Below, piece after piece: positions 43,606-54,234 of a DNA stretch of 64,000 nt. Numbering within the stretch: the first letter of the stretch is position 1; the number at the start of each line of letters is the position of its first letter. The position numbers were made by a program, and so were the translations under genes. Origin of the DNA: an uncultured Spirochaetota bacterium (GTDB lineage Bacteria > Spirochaetota > Brevinematia > Brevinematales > JAOACQ01). The notes under the pieces were generated by a model. The model searched no databases and was not told where the DNA came from. It saw nothing but the letters and a program-made list of their open reading frames with translations. The stretch lies in NCBI GenBank assembly GCA_963835575.1, contig CAWIGG010000002.1, positions 1,120,001-1,184,000 of the forward strand, written 5' to 3'.

Positions 43606-44427
43606 TTACCATCTGTTATTAGCCAGATCATCGCCGTTAAAGCGCTCAACATAGACATCCGTCTGAACTTGAAGATAATTAAAATAGCAATAAAATTGAT
43701 CTACTCTCTCCGACGGATAAGCCCAGAGCTTAATCATCTGGAGGCTCAAAGATTTTAAAAATGGAACATGATATTCAGCCTGCGGAATATAATCCGGGAT
43801 TTTAGTTCTAATGTTTTTCCATCCAATATAGGATATATCGCCAGCTGATAAGCGATGGAGGAAGCCTTTATAATCGGTTAAATAAAATTCAAGCCAGTAT
43901 TTATAATTTCCTCCCCAAACCCACATATCAAGACTTTTAATTTCTCCAGGCAGGATTAAAGGATTATTTTGACCTTTTTGAACAGTTTGATTTTGCACGC
44001 TATTACTTCCCGTGCTAACCTGGCTTTCGCTTCCTGCTTTTATTGGGAAAACCTCGATCCAGTTATATCCTTTTCTGATAAATTGAGCTTTTATTCCTAA
44101 TGACCATTTCTGCTTGGATTCAACATACTGCGGTAATCCAAGAGGCTTTGCCTGAATATAAGTCAGACCGCATGCATTTGTATCCGGTTCGCTCATTTCT
44201 TTATTTGGATCGGCTGGTTTTGCAAAACGTGAGAACTTTGAATCCCATTTAATATTATTTGATTGGTCAACATCATTACCAAAATCAGATACAACAAGAG
44301 TCTGTAAATTTACTGTTTCCTTCTCACCTGGTGAAAAAGTAAATGAATATAAACCTCCCGCACAAATAAATACTATCACTAAAAGCAAAAATAACCTTAT
44401 TAAACCAACATTTCCTTTGTATTCCAT
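43606..44427 (-). CDS. flaA: Flagellar filament outer layer (sheath) protein FlaA paralog
   Basis: SLGIKAQFIRKGYNW, PGEIKSLDMWVWG.NY, GWK..RT.IP..IPQ and F.GDDL. Confidence 0.88.
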   Translation of the reverse strand: MEYKGNVGLIRLFLLLVIVFICAGGLYSFTFSPGEKETVNLQTLVVSDFGNDVDQSNNIKWDSKFSRFAKPADPNKEMSEPDTNACGLTYIQAKPLGLPQYVESKQKWSLGIKAQFIRKGYNWIEVFPIKAGSESQVSTGSNSVQNQTVQKGQNNPLILPGEIKSLDMWVWGGNYKYWLEFYLTDYKGFLHRLSAGDISYIGWKNIRTKIPDYIPQAEYHVPFLKSLSLQMIKLWAYPSERVDQFYCYFNYLQVQTDVYVERFNGDDLANNRW

Positions 44428-44454
44428 AGACCTCTCCTTAGATCTTATTTTGCT

Positions 44455-44811
44455 TTATATAATCTGCTTCACTTTATTATCGTCATCCAGAGTGATAATC
44501 TTCGGTTTTATAACAGAAACTTCCTTTTCTTCAATCAGCCCGAATGATGCAATAATAACCCTGTCACCCACTCTGGTCAAATGAGCACCGGCTCCATTCA
44601 GACAAATTACCCCGCTTCCGGACTTTCCCGGAATAGCATAAGTAATCAGCCTGGTTCCATTTGTTAAATTCCATACATGAACCTGTTCATAAGGGTGAAT
44701 CAGTGCAGTCTTCATCAGGCTCTCATCTATGGTAATACTTCCTATATAATCCAAATTTGTTTCCGTTACAACAGCTCTATGTATTTTAGATCTTAAAATT
44801 GTCAGTTGCAT
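44455..44811 (-). CDS. panD: Aspartate 1-decarboxylase
   Basis: SKIHRA, YIGSITID (Gly-Ser autocleavage site), NGTRLITY and ICLNGAGA. Confidence 0.96.
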   Translation of the reverse strand: MQLTILRSKIHRAVVTETNLDYIGSITIDESLMKTALIHPYEQVHVWNLTNGTRLITYAIPGKSGSGVICLNGAGAHLTRVGDRVIIASFGLIEEKEVSVIKPKIITLDDDNKVKQII

Positions 44812-44948
44812 CAGCAAATAAACCCACTCTTTATATTTATTTTAATATACAAAAAAATTTATGTAAAGGGTTTAAAAGTTATTTTTAGTTTTAATGCATC
44901 TTAATTATTTTTTTAATTTAAAAAGAAAAAATATAAATTTTTATTAAA

Positions 44949-45761
44949 TTAATTGAGTTTAATATAATATTTATCCGCCTTTAACCAATATCGGCCTTCT
45001 TTTTTTAAAACTTCAAACTTTGAATCTTTAAGTTTATAAGAGATATAAATATTGTAGTCATCCTTAGGCATAAAAATTTGTGAATTATTCATGCCATTCC
45101 AATATTTTGTAAACTGAGCCTGTCCATTGATAACATCAACATTTTTGACAGCTCCGATTAAATAATCATAACTCAATGGACTTTTTTTACCAACTGGAAG
45201 AGCATATATTTTAAAATCACAATATTTTACACTTTTTCCCTTTCCTAAAACGACAAAGGTCATTTTGATGTATTTTCTTGGAGAAGCTGTTTGATCAGTT
45301 AAATCATCTCCTATTTTTATTATTACATTTCCTTTTGTTGAAACTTTTGATTTTTCTTTTTCTGGAACTTCAATAGCTTCATCTTTAATTTCCTTTTCTT
45401 TATATACTTTATTTCCTTTTGAAGGAATGACTTTTTCATTCTTTTCAGGCTTTTTTTCAACTATTTGATTATCTTTTAAAGCATTCATTCCAACTTCAGG
45501 TTCAACCGGCAGTTTTGTGCTTTCTTTTACTTTTGGCTCTTCATTAGTCTGTATTTTATCTTTAATTGGTTCTGTTAAACTAATATTTGTATTGATAATT
45601 TCATTATTACTGATTGAATTCATATCATCTTTAATCAATTCGGTATAAATATCATTTGTTGCAGAGTTGATCTTTTTTCCAAAATTAAAGCTGAATTTCT
45701 TCTGACAGCCGCCGATAGTCATAAAAAGCAGTCCTATAAAAATGACTATAATTTTCTTCAT
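44949..45761 (-). CDS. Lipoprotein with a Lys/Glu/Pro-rich linker and a FlgD-Ig-like C-terminal domain
   Basis: Lipobox IGGC; YWNGMN....MPKDDY resembles the WDG..G.Y signature. Confidence 0.55.
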   Translation of the reverse strand: MKKIIVIFIGLLFMTIGGCQKKFSFNFGKKINSATNDIYTELIKDDMNSISNNEIINTNISLTEPIKDKIQTNEEPKVKESTKLPVEPEVGMNALKDNQIVEKKPEKNEKVIPSKGNKVYKEKEIKDEAIEVPEKEKSKVSTKGNVIIKIGDDLTDQTASPRKYIKMTFVVLGKGKSVKYCDFKIYALPVGKKSPLSYDYLIGAVKNVDVINGQAQFTKYWNGMNNSQIFMPKDDYNIYISYKLKDSKFEVLKKEGRYWLKADKYYIKLN

Positions 45762-45779
45762 GGATTCCTCCCAGGCTTT

Positions 45780-47078
45780 CTATAAGCCGATTTTTGAATA
45801 TCTATATGAATAAAGCATTGAGCCGCTCATCATTTTAGGATATATATTAATAGATTTATAGGGCATCCATTTCCCTTTATCAGCCAGTTCAAGAAGTTTA
45901 AACACATCAATGCTGTTAGTAAAAAAAGCCGCGGCATAAGAACCATTTTTTACTGCATTAAAAGCCTGATTATCTGAATAGCCATATCCGACTTCACTTT
46001 CGTATTGAGACTGGCTGATTCCCAGATATTTATTAAATATAGCCGAATCCAATATTTCCGTATCAGCGATATCATCTTTGACAGTTTGATCAAGGTTAAG
46101 AATAAAATATCTGTTTGTGAATCCTTTCATATAAATTCCATAAGAAATGGTTCCTCTGACTATACTGTCATTCAAAACCATCCTGATTTTTTTTCTGGCA
46201 AGTTTTTCTGTCTGTGCGTCGTTAAATGTAACTGCCGCTAATTTATATTGCTGACCGAGAGCTTTAATCAAATCAACAGGGTTTTTAATCAAATTCTTAA
46301 CAAGCCGGTTTACAGGATAAATACGCATTGCCTTATCATAAGCATTAAATAAAGTAACCATAATATAATTGAATTGTTCCTTTCCAGTATATTTTTCACC
46401 TTTTGCCGCCATCATTTCATTTTTATATTTTAAAGCGCTTTCATACCTGTATCCATCCATAACATAAAGTACTTTATCATTAAAATATTTTATAATTTCT
46501 TTATTTAAACTGCTATGCTCATACTTGTATATTTTATTTAAATTTCCATCACTGTCATTATACATAATCAAGCTGTTTTTCAATTCATTTTTTTTTGAAG
46601 TCAGCAATGAATTTATTTCATTTTTGCTATCTTTATAAAGGCAAACAACTGGCTCTAAATTAAATTGTGTTTCCTTTAAAAGAGCATAACTTTCTTCTGA
46701 ATATTTTTCGATTGTCTTTTCCTGCTTTTTTATCGTTCCATCATAATTTTCAATTTTTAACAATCCAATAATACCATATCTTTTATATTCAACCCCATCC
46801 AGCAATACAGTCTGCTCATTGATATAAAAAGAAGGTGATTTGTCAATAATCAATATATCCCTTAATAACCAGCCGAATAATTTGTGGACCGCATTCTTAT
46901 ATTTCCCGTTGTTTTCACCTTCAGAATATGTGATATTAGAAAAATTATTATTGCTTTCCCTGAGTTTCTTAACCAGGTCATCATTTAAATAATCTGTTGC
47001 GGGACATATTACTTCACTAATTTTATTTGTTTTTTCAGGATTATAGTAAACTCCGGAAAAAGTCGCAATTTCGGCCAT
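45780..47078 (-). CDS. DUF1015-family protein
   Basis: N-terminal F.G..YN...VICP..D and C-terminal MPYKS..YPK..SG; the usual DGHHR motif is degenerate. Confidence 0.75.
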   Translation of the reverse strand: MAEIATFSGVYYNPEKTNKISEVICPATDYLNDDLVKKLRESNNNFSNITYSEGENNGKYKNAVHKLFGWLLRDILIIDKSPSFYINEQTVLLDGVEYKRYGIIGLLKIENYDGTIKKQEKTIEKYSEESYALLKETQFNLEPVVCLYKDSKNEINSLLTSKKNELKNSLIMYNDSDGNLNKIYKYEHSSLNKEIIKYFNDKVLYVMDGYRYESALKYKNEMMAAKGEKYTGKEQFNYIMVTLFNAYDKAMRIYPVNRLVKNLIKNPVDLIKALGQQYKLAAVTFNDAQTEKLARKKIRMVLNDSIVRGTISYGIYMKGFTNRYFILNLDQTVKDDIADTEILDSAIFNKYLGISQSQYESEVGYGYSDNQAFNAVKNGSYAAAFFTNSIDVFKLLELADKGKWMPYKSINIYPKMMSGSMLYSYRYSKIGL

Positions 47079-47334
47079 AATTACCCCTTCCAATAATAAA
47101 ATATTTCTTTTTTGATAAGCTGTTCAATTGAATTATTAATTCTTCTTAATTCCTTATCGGCAATTTATATATTATTGATTAACCGTTTCAATTTTTTCTT
47201 TGCTTTCACTATTTTTCAGTTATTATTATAATAAAAATTCATTAAAAAAACTATTTTATTTGTCATTTTTATTTCACTTGCAGATTTTTATAGAATGTGG
47301 CATACTATTTTACTAATTTTGCACAAGGTCTTAT

Positions 47335-47955
47335 ATGTTAAATATCATAGCGGCCACATTCAATGATGGTAAATTAAAAGAAATAAAACAGATATTAAAT
47401 TCAATAAATATAATTTCACTTAAAGATTTAGGATTTAACAAACCTTTAATAGAGAACGGAAAGACTTTTTATGAAAATGCACTGATCAAAGCTGAAATAA
47501 TACATGATTATTACAAAATTAAATATCAATATGCCTATGTTCTTTCCGATGATTCGGGTCTTGAAATTACAGCTCTTAACGGGAAACCCGGCGTCTATTC
47601 CGCGCGTTATGCCGGAGAAAATTCAACACAGGAAATGCTCATTGAAAAAGTATTAAATGAAATGAAAAATATTCCATCCGAAAGAAGAGAAGCGCGATTT
47701 GTCTGCTCTATGGTCTTATTTCCTCCAGAAAGAAAAATATATCACTCGGAAGGTTTTTGTGAAGGAAAAATAAGCGAAGTACCAAAAGGAACAAACGGTT
47801 TCGGATATGATCCCATATTTTTATTAAAAGAATATCATTACAATAAAACAATGGCGGAAATCTCCGATCAGGAAAAAAATAAACTTTCTCATAGAAAAAA
47901 GGCGCTTGACGGTATAAAAAAAATAATTAATCGGCAGGAAAATAATGGAAAGTAA
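47335..47955 (+). CDS. rdgB: Non-canonical purine NTP pyrophosphatase (RdgB/HAM1)
   Basis: N.GKLKE, DDSGL, PGVYSARYAG, GFGYDPIF and SHR. Confidence 0.95.
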   Translation: MLNIIAATFNDGKLKEIKQILNSINIISLKDLGFNKPLIENGKTFYENALIKAEIIHDYYKIKYQYAYVLSDDSGLEITALNGKPGVYSARYAGENSTQEMLIEKVLNEMKNIPSERREARFVCSMVLFPPERKIYHSEGFCEGKISEVPKGTNGFGYDPIFLLKEYHYNKTMAEISDQEKNKLSHRKKALDGIKKIINRQENNGK

Positions 47956-48592
47956 AGATATACAGTTTCAAATAAATGCCTATCTTAAAGAGGAATGGGT
48001 TCAAATAAATTCAAATACTCATATTGGTCTTTCGGAGAAAGCCCTTAAATTAAAGGCCCTTGAAAATAATTGTTTAAAATGTACAAAATGCAATCTCTAT
48101 AAAACCGCGACGAATCTTGTATTTTCAGACGGCAGCCCTGAGGCCGGTCTTATATTTATCGGGGAAGCCCCGGGCGCTGATGAAGACGCTCAGGGAAAGC
48201 CTTTTGTGGGTAAGGCCGGTAAACTGCTTACTTCAACAATAGAGCAGTTCGGCTTACCGAGGAAAGCAGTTTATATCTGCAATATTCTTAAACACCGGCC
48301 CCCTGAAAACAGAAATCCTCTTCCTGATGAAATAACAGCCTGCACTCCCTATCTTGTCGAGCAGCTCAATATTCTTCAGCCGAAGCTTATTATTACATTG
48401 GGTAATTTTTCATCCAGATTTATTCTTAATACCGAGGAAGGCATTACCCGCTTAAGGGGAACAATAAAGCTTTCTCCTCTCGGTTATTCAGTCCTCCCTA
48501 CTTACCATCCGGCGGCCATCCTCCGTAATATGAATCTTCTAAAAGATTTTCAGAGCGACATTCAAACCGCTTTAAAATTCATCAATAATTAA
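47945..48592 (+). CDS. Uracil-DNA glycosylase family 4
   Basis: C..C.L, IGEAPG..ED..G.PFVG.AG, RPP.NR.P and TYHPAA. Confidence 0.93.
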   Translation: MESKDIQFQINAYLKEEWVQINSNTHIGLSEKALKLKALENNCLKCTKCNLYKTATNLVFSDGSPEAGLIFIGEAPGADEDAQGKPFVGKAGKLLTSTIEQFGLPRKAVYICNILKHRPPENRNPLPDEITACTPYLVEQLNILQPKLIITLGNFSSRFILNTEEGITRLRGTIKLSPLGYSVLPTYHPAAILRNMNLLKDFQSDIQTALKFINN

Positions 48593-48640
48593 TCTGTGTT
48601 TCAATTCTGATATGATGCTTGAATTACCTGTAAAACATCA

Positions 48641-50023
48641 TTATTCATTGATAATTTTCTGAAGAACAATAATATTTGTGTATTCTTCATATATTACCTG
48701 AAGAAAAGCAGTATTAGCCTGATAATAGGAAGCTTCCATGTCATTGACTTCAATTGAAGGCGAAGCTCCGGATTTATATCTCTTTTTCGAAAGTTCAAAA
48801 CCCAATTGCGCCTGGTTTTTAATATCCCGCTGACTTTCAATAATTATATTACCGTTACTTAACTGTTCTAATAAGTTTTTAACTTGAAAGGTGATAGTAT
48901 CCGTAGTCTGCTTTTTCAGCCATTCCAGTTTTTCAATATTATCCTGTGCTTCCTTTATGCTGTTCTCGGTTTTTGATATTGGAATCCAATCATCTATCGG
49001 CATCGTCAATTGGACACCGGTATTCCAGCCGGGGAGCCATTTACGGTCATTATCCATATAATTTTCTTTTTTTAAGTCATATTTATAGTTAAAAAAAGCG
49101 CTTACCACCGGAAGTCTTGATCCCTCAACTATCTTTTTATTCAGCTTTGCCATATCAATCGAATACTCAATAGTTTTAAATGTTAAATTGTTGGACAGGG
49201 CTTTTGAAAGAGCTGCGTTATAAGGAATATCCGTTTCAAGTGTATTTGTTATATTGAAAAAATTCCCTATGAATTCCACATCACCGGCATTATCAAAACT
49301 CAATTGCTCGCATAAGGCATTCATTGCTATTGACTCGGCATTATTCAATTTTAACAGCTTCGGGATATAAGTTTTATACTGGACTTCAGCTTTGATCTTA
49401 TCGTATTCGGATATATAGCCTCCTTTAAAATTTGATAAAATTTCATTATACCTTTCCTGAAAATGACTGACTAATTCTTCAGTCAGACGCACATTTTCCT
49501 TTAATAGAAATAGATTATAGAACAAAAGCTTTACGGCAGCCTCCACCTCATTTTGTTTGTCTTTCAGCCGGAGTTTCACCATTTCCAGATTCATTTTTTT
49601 AAGCTCCATTGAATTCCACAGCCTGAATCCTGAAAAGAGCGGTTTTGAAACGCCGAGGGTTACAGAATAGTTATCAAAAAAAGCATTTGTTATTTTATTC
49701 GTCTCTATAGTGATTTGAGGCGGGAAACCTGTGGCGGAAATATTCCCCGGAGAATCGATTATAGAACCTTCTATTGTAGTTGAATCTATATAATTCGCAC
49801 CCGCATTCAGGGCAATATCGGGTATCCAGAAATCGCCGACTGTCTGGGAATACTGCGCTTCGGCTATCTTTGCATCCGATTCATACTGCTTGATCTGCGT
49901 ATTATTCTTTAAAGCAATTTCCAAAGCGTTATCAAGAGTTATGGTGAGCGCTTCAGCCGAAATAAATTGATGAATGTCCAATAAGAATATAATAAAAATC
50001 ATATAAATTTTGATATATTTCAT
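48641..50023 (-). CDS. TolC-family outer membrane efflux protein
   Basis: Signal peptide, LTITLDNALEIALKNN, PLFSG and two-fold repeated OEP architecture. Confidence 0.88.
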   Translation of the reverse strand: MKYIKIYMIFIIFLLDIHQFISAEALTITLDNALEIALKNNTQIKQYESDAKIAEAQYSQTVGDFWIPDIALNAGANYIDSTTIEGSIIDSPGNISATGFPPQITIETNKITNAFFDNYSVTLGVSKPLFSGFRLWNSMELKKMNLEMVKLRLKDKQNEVEAAVKLLFYNLFLLKENVRLTEELVSHFQERYNEILSNFKGGYISEYDKIKAEVQYKTYIPKLLKLNNAESIAMNALCEQLSFDNAGDVEFIGNFFNITNTLETDIPYNAALSKALSNNLTFKTIEYSIDMAKLNKKIVEGSRLPVVSAFFNYKYDLKKENYMDNDRKWLPGWNTGVQLTMPIDDWIPISKTENSIKEAQDNIEKLEWLKKQTTDTITFQVKNLLEQLSNGNIIIESQRDIKNQAQLGFELSKKRYKSGASPSIEVNDMEASYYQANTAFLQVIYEEYTNIIVLQKIINE

Positions 50024-50061
50024 ATACTGCTCCTTATAAAATACAGTTTGAATCAACTCAA

Positions 50062-50997
50062 TTAAACAAGTTTATCACTATGCTTCTTAACATTTGTTAC
50101 AAAAACATCTTCAAGGGTCGGATGGATCATATTCAGTTTGTATTTTTTAATATTTTTTTTATCAAGAGCCTCTTTTAACAGCGGATTAATTTTCAAGCCC
50201 TTTTTACAGAGAATATGAATATCGCTCCCAAAAATAGCGGATTCATCAATAAAGTCCAGCCTGCTGATAATATCAAAGACTTCTATAAAGTTATCTACTT
50301 TAACGGCATAAACATCAAAAGGCATATTGGACTTTAGATTTTCAGGAGAATCCAGGGCTATAATAACACCGCCCAATATCAGGGCTATTCTATCGCAATG
50401 TTCTGCCTCATCCATATAATGTGTAGTCACAAACACAGTCTTCCCTTCCTCTGCAAAAGAATAGATCAGGTCCCAGAAATTCCTGCGCATGATCGGGTCA
50501 ACACCTGAGGTCGGCTCATCAAGGAATAAAACTGGCGGATTATGTAGAATGGCTCCTCCCAGCGCCAGACGCTGTTTAATACCGAGCGGAAGGCTTTTGA
50601 CCATTTTATCTTTCACATCCTTCATTTCCGTCATTAAAGAAATTTCATCAATCCTTTTTTTTATATTACCTTCGCTTAATCCATAAATAGCTCCGAAGAA
50701 TTCCAGATTTTCCTTTACGGTCAGGTCATCATAGAGAGAAAACTTTTGCGACATATAGCCGATGCTTTTTTTAATACTGAACTGCTCTTTTACAATATCA
50801 AAGCCGTTGACATGCCCCCCGCCGGATGTCGGAGCGATAATACCGCAAAGCATTTTTATCGTAGTGCTTTTCCCGGCACCGTTCGGTCCGAGAAAACCGA
50901 ATATTTCCCCTTTATCAACAGAAAATGTAATATCATTGACGGCTGTAAAATGATCGAATTTTCTTGTTAAGTTATTTACATCCACGACAGCGTTCAT
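50062..50997 (-). CDS. ABC transporter ATP-binding protein (YbhF-like)
   Basis: GPNGAGKST, GYMSQKFSLY, LDEPTSGVDP and TTHYMDEAE. Confidence 0.93.
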   Translation of the reverse strand: MNAVVDVNNLTRKFDHFTAVNDITFSVDKGEIFGFLGPNGAGKSTTIKMLCGIIAPTSGGGHVNGFDIVKEQFSIKKSIGYMSQKFSLYDDLTVKENLEFFGAIYGLSEGNIKKRIDEISLMTEMKDVKDKMVKSLPLGIKQRLALGGAILHNPPVLFLDEPTSGVDPIMRRNFWDLIYSFAEEGKTVFVTTHYMDEAEHCDRIALILGGVIIALDSPENLKSNMPFDVYAVKVDNFIEVFDIISRLDFIDESAIFGSDIHILCKKGLKINPLLKEALDKKNIKKYKLNMIHPTLEDVFVTNVKKHSDKLV

Positions 50998-52148
50998 TAT
51001 TCAAGCCTCCTGTTGAACCTTCTCACACTCATGAAAAATAAAAAAAATCCGAGAATTGCCAGCGCGAGCAACTCCTTCCATAATTCAATAAATCCGGTGC
51101 CTTTTAAAAATATCCCTCTGACAATAGTCACAAAATATCTCATAGGGTTGATGAATGTAATATACTGCATCACATCCGGCATAGAATAAATGGGAAAAAT
51201 GAACCCGGAAAATAAGGTTGAGGGGAGAAAATAAAGAAAAGTTGAAAGAAGCGCTTCCTGCTGGCTTTTGGATATTGTTGATATATAAAGCCCGATGGAA
51301 ATGGTTGATAAAATGAAAAATAAAGAGGATATCAACATAAAAACATAATTCCCGTTAAAAGGAACTCTAAACCAGAAAATGGCGATGATTGAAATTATAA
51401 TAACATCAACAAAACTCACAATCATGAAAGGCAGGGTTTTTCCGGCTATCAGCTCAAAAGGCCGGAGCGGGGATACTATCATCTGTTCTATTGTGCCTGT
51501 TTCCCTTTCTTTTACAATTGACATTGCTGTCAGCACAATTGTAATAAGCGAGATCAATAACCCGAGTACGGCGGGCAGAAAGAAATTCCTGCTCGACAGA
51601 TCGGGATTGAATTGGATGCGTTCTTTCAAATCAATATTCTGCCTGAATTTAACTCCCCTGATATTCTTATTTAAAATAAGCAGTTTAATTCTATTATTAA
51701 AATAATTTAAAGAATACTGGGCCGTTATTTCATTGACATAAGAGACTATAACAGCAGCCCTGCTTGAATCTGTTCCGTCAACAATCAATTGAACCGTCGA
51801 AATCTTTCCGGCTTTTACCCTGGCTGAAAAGCCGCTGCTGATATGAAGAAAGACTTCCGCTTCGCCTTTATCCATGATTTCATTCAGCTCTTTCTGTGAA
51901 TTTAAATCCTTGTAAATATCGAAATAGCTGGAGCCTGTAAACTTGGATATCAGCTCCCGGCTCATAAAACTCATATCTTCATCCAGTATGACCATTTTCA
52001 CTTCTTTTACATCCGTACTGACGGCATAACCGAATAAAAGCAGAAGCAAAATAGGCGCCGCGAAAATCACAAGGCGCATCCTGAAATCGCGGAACATCTG
52101 CTTGAATTCCTTGATTAAAAAAGCTTTCAGTAAAGTTAATCGGATCAT
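50997..52148 (-). CDS. ABC-2 transporter permease (YbhR-like)
   Basis: KEFKQMFRD, VDGTDS and KERETGTIEQMIVSP. Confidence 0.92.
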   Translation of the reverse strand: MIRLTLLKAFLIKEFKQMFRDFRMRLVIFAAPILLLLLFGYAVSTDVKEVKMVILDEDMSFMSRELISKFTGSSYFDIYKDLNSQKELNEIMDKGEAEVFLHISSGFSARVKAGKISTVQLIVDGTDSSRAAVIVSYVNEITAQYSLNYFNNRIKLLILNKNIRGVKFRQNIDLKERIQFNPDLSSRNFFLPAVLGLLISLITIVLTAMSIVKERETGTIEQMIVSPLRPFELIAGKTLPFMIVSFVDVIIISIIAIFWFRVPFNGNYVFMLISSLFFILSTISIGLYISTISKSQQEALLSTFLYFLPSTLFSGFIFPIYSMPDVMQYITFINPMRYFVTIVRGIFLKGTGFIELWKELLALAILGFFLFFMSVRRFNRRLE

Positions 52149-52156
52149 ATTAAAAA

Positions 52157-53311
52157 CTAATCCTCCGGTAATTTCATTATTATATTTTTCAGACTGATAA
52201 GGCTTACTACCAGAGCAAAAATAAAAAGAAAAACGATCTGCGCCCAGAGGAGCGTATACCCTATCCCTTTTAAGGCAATGCCTTTCATGTAAATGATCAG
52301 ATACTTGGCCGGGATCAAATAAGTGATCATCTGGACAAAGAAAGGCATATTTTTAATGGGAAAAACATATCCGGATAATATTAAAGAAGGAAGATAAGTC
52401 AAAATGACCGCAGCCTGAACTGATAAAACCTGCGACCGTGTCGCCGAGGAAATCAATATGCCTAGGCTGGATGTACCGACTAAAAAGAGAAGAGCTACCA
52501 GGTATAATTCCACGAAACTCCCCCTGATCGGCGCTTGAAAAACAAAGTGGCCGATGCATACTGTCGCGATTAAATCAAAAAGAGCTATAAATACATAAGG
52601 AAATAGTTTTCCCAGGAATATTTCATGCCTGCGGAGCGGGGTTGTGATGAGGCTTTCCATCGTGCCCCTCTCCCATTCCCTGGAAATTGTAAGGGAAGTA
52701 ATAAGTGCGGAAATAATGGACATAATAATGACTATTATTCCAGGAACGATAAAATTCCGGCTTTTTAATTCTGAATTATACCAGATCCTGGCCCTCATAT
52801 CAACCGGCAAAGAAAGATCTGATATTCCATAAAGATTCATTTCACTGACTTTTTTAACCCTGTTAAACTCGAAAAGAATATTTTTTACATAACCGAGAGC
52901 GACCGTCGCTGAAGTCGCGTCAGAACCATCTACAATAAGCTGAACATCTGCTTTTTTTCCGGTTTTAAAATTTTTCTCAAAGTTCTCGGGTATGACCAGG
53001 GCCATAATGATATCGCCGTTATTGATCATCCTGTCTATTTCATTATAATTATTTACATAGGTATATAAAGTGAAGTATTCAGTATGGGAAAAATTATCCA
53101 GCAATTCCCTGGAAAGGGCCGTCCTGTCCTGATCATATACAGCCATACTCACATGTTTAACATCCATGGTGAGCGCATAACCGAATAGCAAGATCAGTAA
53201 AACCGGCAGAATAAGCGATAAAATCATGCTTCTGATATCCCGCCTGATCTGGATCCATTCTTTTTCGGCAATTACCAGTATCCGGCCTAATGATCTGATC
53301 AAACCCTTCAT
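52157..53311 (-). CDS. ABC-2 transporter permease (YbhS-like)
   Basis: KEWIQIRRD, VDGSD and REWERGTMESLITTP; ATG at 53311 overlaps the upstream TGA. Confidence 0.92.
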   Translation of the reverse strand: MKGLIRSLGRILVIAEKEWIQIRRDIRSMILSLILPVLLILLFGYALTMDVKHVSMAVYDQDRTALSRELLDNFSHTEYFTLYTYVNNYNEIDRMINNGDIIMALVIPENFEKNFKTGKKADVQLIVDGSDATSATVALGYVKNILFEFNRVKKVSEMNLYGISDLSLPVDMRARIWYNSELKSRNFIVPGIIVIIMSIISALITSLTISREWERGTMESLITTPLRRHEIFLGKLFPYVFIALFDLIATVCIGHFVFQAPIRGSFVELYLVALLFLVGTSSLGILISSATRSQVLSVQAAVILTYLPSLILSGYVFPIKNMPFFVQMITYLIPAKYLIIYMKGIALKGIGYTLLWAQIVFLFIFALVVSLISLKNIIMKLPED

Positions 53312-54234
53312 AATTTTTGCCTCGACGACAGTATTTCGACAAAACAATCTTCCAGCCCGGGTGAATTCTCCCGGAGTGAAATCACCTTAATATCTTCTTT
53401 ATTTAAAATATTTTTTATTTTATTTCCAGCGGATTGAGCGTCATCAACAAATAATTTAAGCGTCGCTCCGGTTATAATAACGCTGCTGAATTCATCATAA
53501 TTCTTTAAAACACGTTCGGCTTTACGCGAATCGGATGTAATTACCTCAATAAATTTTTTTATTAATTTTGTTTTAATAACCTGGGGATTTTCCTCCGCTA
53601 TGATCCGGCCGTTATGTAATAATGCGACGCGGTTGCATCTCTCCGCCTCATCCAGATAGGCTGTGCTTATGACAATTGTGACGCCTTCGCTTAACAGATC
53701 ATATAATATTTTCCAGAATTCCCTGCGGGAAATCGGGTCCACCCCGTTTGTCGGTTCATCCAGGAGTATAATGTCCGGATTATGAACCAGACAGCAGGCA
53801 AGTCCGAGCTTCTGCTTCATACCGCCGGATAATTTTCCTGCGCGTCTTTTCTTAAAAGGCTCAAGATTACTGAATTCATAGAGTTTAATTAATTTATTTT
53901 TTATTTCCTTATTTTTTACTCCGAATAATTTTCCAAAAAAGAATATATTCTCCTCGACAGTCAGGTCTTCATAAAGACCGAATTTCTGAGGCATATATGC
54001 AAGATGTTCCTTTAATAAATAGGTGTTTTTAAAAATACTCTCCCCATTTATTAAAATCGTTCCTTTATCCGGTATTAATATACCTGCCATCATGCGCAGA
54101 AGCGTGCTTTTGCCTGCCCCGTCAGGACCGACAATTCCGAATATCTCACTTTTAGACACTTGAAAAGAAACCCCGTCTATGGCTTTCTGCGCTTTAAAAG
54201 TTTTAATGATGTTCTTTACTTCAATCAATTTCAA
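53308..54234 (-). CDS. ABC transporter ATP-binding protein
   Basis: GPDGAGKST, LSGGMKQK and LDEPTNGVDP. Confidence 0.93.
   Translation of the reverse strand: MKLIEVKNIIKTFKAQKAIDGVSFQVSKSEIFGIVGPDGAGKSTLLRMMAGILIPDKGTILINGESIFKNTYLLKEHLAYMPQKFGLYEDLTVEENIFFFGKLFGVKNKEIKNKLIKLYEFSNLEPFKKRRAGKLSGGMKQKLGLACCLVHNPDIILLDEPTNGVDPISRREFWKILYDLLSEGVTIVISTAYLDEAERCNRVALLHNGRIIAEENPQVIKTKLIKKFIEVITSDSRKAERVLKNYDEFSSVIITGATLKLFVDDAQSAGNKIKNILNKEDIKVISLRENSPGLEDCFVEILSSRQKL

Noticed and set aside
47080..47210. Coding-like minus-strand stretch VKAKKKLKRLINNI*IADKELRRINNSIEQLIKKEIFYYWKG
   Set aside because: Short, with an in-frame TAA and no clear RBS; it cannot be told apart from chance in A-rich DNA
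12348..48592. nfi, xth, rdgB, UDG and mutS2 as a dedicated deamination-repair or defence system
   Set aside because: They are ordinary housekeeping genes scattered over 36 kb; only rdgB and the UDG are adjacent
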